Positions 57,064-64,000 of a DNA stretch of 64,000 nt are shown here, piece after piece. The notes beneath the pieces are model-generated. The model was not told where the DNA came from. It worked only from the letters and a program-made list of their open reading frames with translations, and did no database searches. Position numbers and translations under genes: made by a program. The DNA lies in assembly GCA_964016885.1 (NCBI GenBank), contig OZ024740.1:372992001-373056000 (forward strand), read 5' to 3'. Source of the stretch: Eledone cirrhosa (lineage: Eukaryota). Numbering within the stretch: the first letter of the stretch is position 1; each line of letters starts with the position of its first letter.

Positions 57064-57110
<47 letters not shown>

Positions 57111-57525
57111 ATATATATATATATATATAATATATGTATATATATATATATATATAAAGTAAATATATATATATAAATATATATATATATAATGTATGTA
57201 TATATATATATATAAAGTATATATATATATATATATATAAATATATATATATATAATGTATGTATATATATATATATAAAGTATATATATATATATATAT
57301 ATAAAGTATATATATATTTATATAACGTATATATATATATATAATGTATATATATATATTTATATATAAATATATTGTGTATATATATATATATATAATG
57401 TGTGTATATATATATATATATATATAATGTGTATATATATATATATATAATATATATAATGTGTATATATATATATATATAATGTGTATATATATATATA
57501 TATGTAGTATATATATATATATAAA

Positions 57526-57576
<51 letters not shown>

Positions 57577-57885
57577 ATATATATATATATAGTATATGTA
57601 AATATATAAAGTATATATATATATATATATATATAGTATATGTAAATATATAAAGTATATATATATATATATATATATAAAGTATATATATATATATATA
57701 TATAAAGTATTATATATATATATATATAAAGTATATATATATATCTATATATATAAAGTATATATATATATATATATATATAAAGTATATATATATATAT
57801 ATATATATATAAAGTATATATATATATATATATATAAAGTATATATATATATATATATATAAAGTATATATATATATATATATAT

Positions 57886-58500
57886 ACGATATTAAATAAA
57901 TGGAAACTATATTTATAAAACCGTATTTATTTCATTATATATATTTCAGGGATATCATATTTAAAATATGGTATGCCTTCATCAGACAAAATACAATATA
58001 GAACAGTCTTATAAATAGATAGATTTGACATACCTTACAACATCAACTTCCATTTAAAAAGTTGATTTAAATGGAAGTTGAAGTTGTAAGGTATGTCAAA
58101 TCTATCTATTTATAAGACTGTTTATATTGTATTTTGTCTGATGAAGGCATACCATATTTTTATTTAAAATTGTTGGGTTACAACGAGTAAATATTTTATA
58201 CCTACCAACGAGTAAATATTTTATACTGCCAAATCAACTTTTTAAATGGAAGTTGTAATGTTTAAGGTATGTCAAATTTATTTATAAAACGGTTTATATA
58301 TTGTATTTTGTCTGAGGAAGGCATACCATATTTTTAATATGATATCCCTGAAATATATATAATGAAATAAATATGGTTTTATAAATATAGTTTCCATTTA
58401 TTTAATATTATAAATATACTCCAAATACTTGTTGAGTGCTTTTATATCAGTTATAAATATTTACTCGTTGTAACCCAACAATTTAAATAAAACTTTGCAT
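57886..58500. mobile_element. Fold-back HHR element, rearranged copy (HHRs 57928-57993 -, 58304-58369 +)
   Basis: Palindrome centred on tttaaa-aagttga-tttaaa; tattttgt-CTGA(T/G)GA-agg..cct-GAAA-TATATA-TA-atgaaata; extra arm and duplicated caacgagtaaatattttatac. Confidence 0.8.
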
Positions 58501-58532
58501 ATATATATATATATATATATATTTACATAAAG

Positions 58533-58564
<32 letters not shown>

Positions 58565-58603
58565 ATATATATATATATAAAGTATATATATATATATATA
58601 AAG

Positions 58604-58663
<60 letters not shown>

Positions 58664-58903
58664 ACATATATATATATATTTATATATATATATATATAAA
58701 GTATATATATATATAAATATACATATAAAGTATATATATACATATATATAAGTATATATATATATATAAAGTATATATATACATATGAACTATATATATA
58801 TATTAAGTATATATATATATAAAGTATATATATATATAATATATATATATATATATAGTATATATATATAAAGTATATATATATAAAGTATATATATATA
58901 TAT

Positions 58904-58934
<31 letters not shown>

Positions 58935-59272
58935 ATAAAGTATATATATATATAAAGTATATATATATATATAGTATATATATATATAAAGTATATATAT
59001 ATATAAAGTATATCTATATATATAGTATATATATATATAAAGTATATATATATATATATAGAGTATATATATATATAAAGTATATATATATATATGTAGT
59101 ATATATATATATAAAGTATATATATATATAAAGTATATATATATATATAGTATATATATATATAAAGTATATATATATATATATAGTATATATATATATA
59201 TAGTATATATATATAATGTATATATATATATATATATATATAATGTATATATATATATATATATATATAATG

Positions 59273-59306
<34 letters not shown>

Positions 59307-59344
59307 CATATAATGTATATATATATATATATATATATATAATG

Positions 59345-59390
<46 letters not shown>

Positions 59391-59422
59391 ATGTATATAT
59401 ATATATATATATATATATAATG

Positions 59423-59460
<38 letters not shown>

Positions 59461-59519
59461 TATAATGTATATATATATATATATATATATTATAAAGTAT
59501 ATATATATATATATATATA

Positions 59520-59560
<41 letters not shown>

Positions 59561-59667
59561 GTATATATATATATATAATGTGTATATATAAATATATAAT
59601 GTATATATATATATATATATATATAACGTATATATATATATATATATAACGTATATATATATATAAC

Positions 59668-59763
<96 letters not shown>

Positions 59764-59992
59764 ATATATATATATATATATATATAAAGTATATATATAT
59801 ATATATATATATATAATGTATGTATATATATATATATAAGTATATATATATATATATAATGTATGTATATATATATATATAAAGTATATATATATATATA
59901 TAAAGTATATATGTATTTATATAACGTATATATATATATATAATGTGTATATATATATATATATAAATATATTGTGTATATATATATATATA

Positions 59993-60037
<45 letters not shown>

Positions 60038-60174
60038 GTGTATATATATTTATATATATAAATGTAATGTGTATATATATATATATGTAGTATATATAAT
60101 ATATATATAATATATATATATAATGTGTATATATATTTATATATATAATAATGATGTATATATATATAATGTAG

Positions 60175-60205
<31 letters not shown>

Positions 60206-60315
60206 TATATAATATATATATATATAACATATATAAGTATATATATATATATAGTATATGTAAATATATAAAGTATATATATATATATATATATAGTATA
60301 TGTAAATATATAAAG

Positions 60316-60382
<67 letters not shown>

Positions 60383-60475
60383 ATATATATATATATATAT
60401 ATATATAAAGTATATATATATATATATAAATATATATATATAATGTATGTATATATATATATATAAAGTATATAT

Positions 60476-60506
<31 letters not shown>

Positions 60507-61143
60507 ATGTATGTATATATATATATATAAAGTATATATATATATATATATATATATATAAGTATATATATATTTATATAACGTATATATATATATATAA
60601 TGTATATATATATATATAAATATATTGTGTATATATATATAATAGTATATATATATAGTATATATATATGGATATATATATATAATATGTAATATATATA
60701 TATATAATATATAATGTGTATATATATATATATATATATAAGTATATATATATCATATATATAATATATAAAGTATATATATATATATATAAGTATATAA
60801 ATATATATAAGTATATAATATATATATAGTATATGTAAATATATAAAGTATATATATATATATATAAAGTATATATATATATATATAAAGTATATATATA
60901 TATATATATATAAAGTATATATATATATATATATATAAAGTATATATATATATATATATATAAAGTATATATATATATATATATTATAAAGTATATATAT
61001 ATATATATATATAAAGTATATATATATATAAATATATATATAAAGTATATATATATATTATATATATATAATAAAGTATATATATATATATATATATAAA
61101 GTATATATATATATATATATATAAAGTATATATATATATATAT

Positions 61144-61579
61144 ACGATATTAAATAAATGAAACTATATTTATAAAACCGTATATATTTCATCATATATA
61201 TTTCAGGATATATATTTAAATATGGTATGTCTTCATCAGACAAAAATACAATATAAACAGTCTTATAAATAGATAGATTTGACATACCTTACAACATCAA
61301 CTTCCATTTAAAAAGTTGATTTAAATGGAAGTTGAAGTTGTAAGGTATGTCAAATCTATCTATTTATAAGACTGTTTATATTGTATTTTGTCTGATGAAG
61401 GCATACCATACTTTTAATATGATATCCCTGAATATATATAATGAAATAAATATGGTTTTATAAATATAGTTTCCATTTATTTAATATCGTAAACATACTC
61501 CAAATACTTGTTGAGTGCTTTTATATCAGTTATAAATATTTACTCGTTGTAACCCAACAATTTAAATAAAACTTTGCAT
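61144..61579. mobile_element. Second copy of the fold-back HHR element
   Basis: Arms 61144-61311 and 61320-61490, then the same tail as 58412-58500. Confidence 0.8.
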
Positions 61580-61612
61580 ATATATATATATATATATATT
61601 TACATAAAGTAT

Positions 61613-61674
<62 letters not shown>

Positions 61675-62245
61675 ACATATATATATATATTTATATATAT
61701 ATATATATATAAAGTATATATATATATAAATATACATATAAAGTATATATATACATATATATATAAAGTATATATATATATAAATATACTTATAAAGTAT
61801 ATATATACATATATATATATAAAGTATATATATATAAATATACTTATAAAGTATATAAATATATATATATATATAATGTATATATATATATATAAAGTAT
61901 ATATATATATATAAACTATATATATATATATAAACTATATATATATATAAACTATATATATATATAAACTATATATATATATTAAGTATATGTATATATA
62001 AAGTATATATATGTATATGAAGTATATATATATATAATATATATATATATATAAAGTATATATATATAAAGTATATATATATATAAAGTATATATATATA
62101 TATAAATTATATATATATATATATCAAGTATATATATATATAATATATATATATATATAAAGTATATATATATAAAGTATATATATATAAAGTATATATA
62201 TATATAAAGTATATATATATATAAATTATATATATATATATCAAG

Positions 62246-62277
<32 letters not shown>

Positions 62278-62616
62278 AAGTATATATATATATAAAGTAT
62301 ATATATATATATAGTATATATATATATATATAGTTTATATATATATAAAGTATATATATATATATATAGTATATATATATATAAAGTATATATATATATA
62401 TATATATAGTATATATATATATAAAGTATATATACATAAAGTATATATATATATAAAGTATATATATATATATAAAGTATATATATATATATAGTATATA
62501 TATATATATAAAGTATATATATATATATAGTATATATATATATAAAGTATATATATATATAAAGTATATATATATATATAGTATATATATATATATATAT
62601 AGTATATATATATATA

Positions 62617-62661
<45 letters not shown>

Positions 62662-63237
62662 GTATATATATATATATATAATGTATATATATATATATAT
62701 ATATAATGTATATATATATATATATATATATAATGTATATATATATATATATATAATGTATATATAAATATATATATATATAATGTATATATATATATAT
62801 ATAATGTGTATATATATATATATATAATGTATATTTATATATATATAATGTATATATATATATATATATATATAACGTATATATATATATATATATATAA
62901 CGTATATATATATATATATATAACGTATATATATATATATATAACGTATATATATATATATATATATATAATGTATATATATATATATATATATATATAA
63001 TGTATATATATATATATATATATATAACGTATATATATATATATATAACGTATATATATATATATATATATATATAATGTATATATATATATATATATAT
63101 ATAACGTATATATATATATATATATAAATATATATAATGTATATATATATATATATATATAAAGTATATATATATATATATATATAATGTATATATATAT
63201 ATATATATAAATATATTGTGTATAATATATATATATA

Positions 63238-63270
<33 letters not shown>

Positions 63271-63353
63271 ATGTGTATATATGTATATATATATATATAT
63301 ATGTAATGTGTATATATATATATATGTAGTATATATATATATATATATATAAA

Positions 63354-63407
<54 letters not shown>

Positions 63408-63409
63408 AA

Positions 63410-63464
<55 letters not shown>

Positions 63465-63511
63465 ATGTGTATATATATATATATGTAGTATATATATATA
63501 TATATATAAAG

Positions 63512-63551
<40 letters not shown>

Positions 63552-63762
63552 ATATATATACATATATATATAGTATATGTAAATATATAAATATATATAT
63601 ATATATAATATATAGTATATGTAAATATATAAAGTATATATATATATATATATATATAAAGTATATATATACATATATATAAAGTATATATATATATATA
63701 TATATCTAAAGTATATATATATATATATATATAATATATATATATAAAGAATATATATATAT

Positions 63763-64000
63763 ACGATATTAAATAAATGGAAACTATATTTATAAAACCG
63801 TATTTATTTCATTATATATATTTCAGGGATATCATATTAAAAATATGGTATGCCTTCATCAAACAAAATACAATATAAACAGTCTTATAAATAGATAGAT
63901 TTGACATACCTTACAACTTCAACTTCCATTTAAAAAGTTGATTTAAATGGAAGTTGAAGTTGTAAGGTATGTCAAATCTATCTATTTATAAGACTGTTTA
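63763..64000. mobile_element. Third copy of the fold-back HHR element, cut by the window end
   Basis: Matches 57886-58125. Confidence 0.8.

Overview
AT-rich, microsatellite-laden eukaryotic DNA with no supportable host gene. The tRNA-derived SINEs resemble octopod SINEs, so a cephalopod source is likely (inference). The window is almost all mobile DNA. It holds a decayed Helitron with both termini (14907-21489, - strand) and a near-intact RTE-clade LINE with three C-terminal C2H2 fingers (32563-36850). Two Penelope-like elements (PLEs; RT + GIY-YIG) sit in one (TA)n array, each with an inverted copy of its own 3' end at its 5' side; one is Naiad-like with a 3.35-kb inverted arm. Several SINE and LINE fragments are also present. 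The most striking feature is a dense set of type I hammerhead ribozyme (HHR) motifs from about 8 sequence families. They lie in PLE pseudo-LTRs, in small non-coding fold-back elements inside (TA)n, and in a 439-bp retrozyme-like tandem. Some have unusually long (46-88 nt) stem II insertions, and several fold-back points fall at or near the ribozyme core or cleavage site. All RNA folds and alignments were done by eye.
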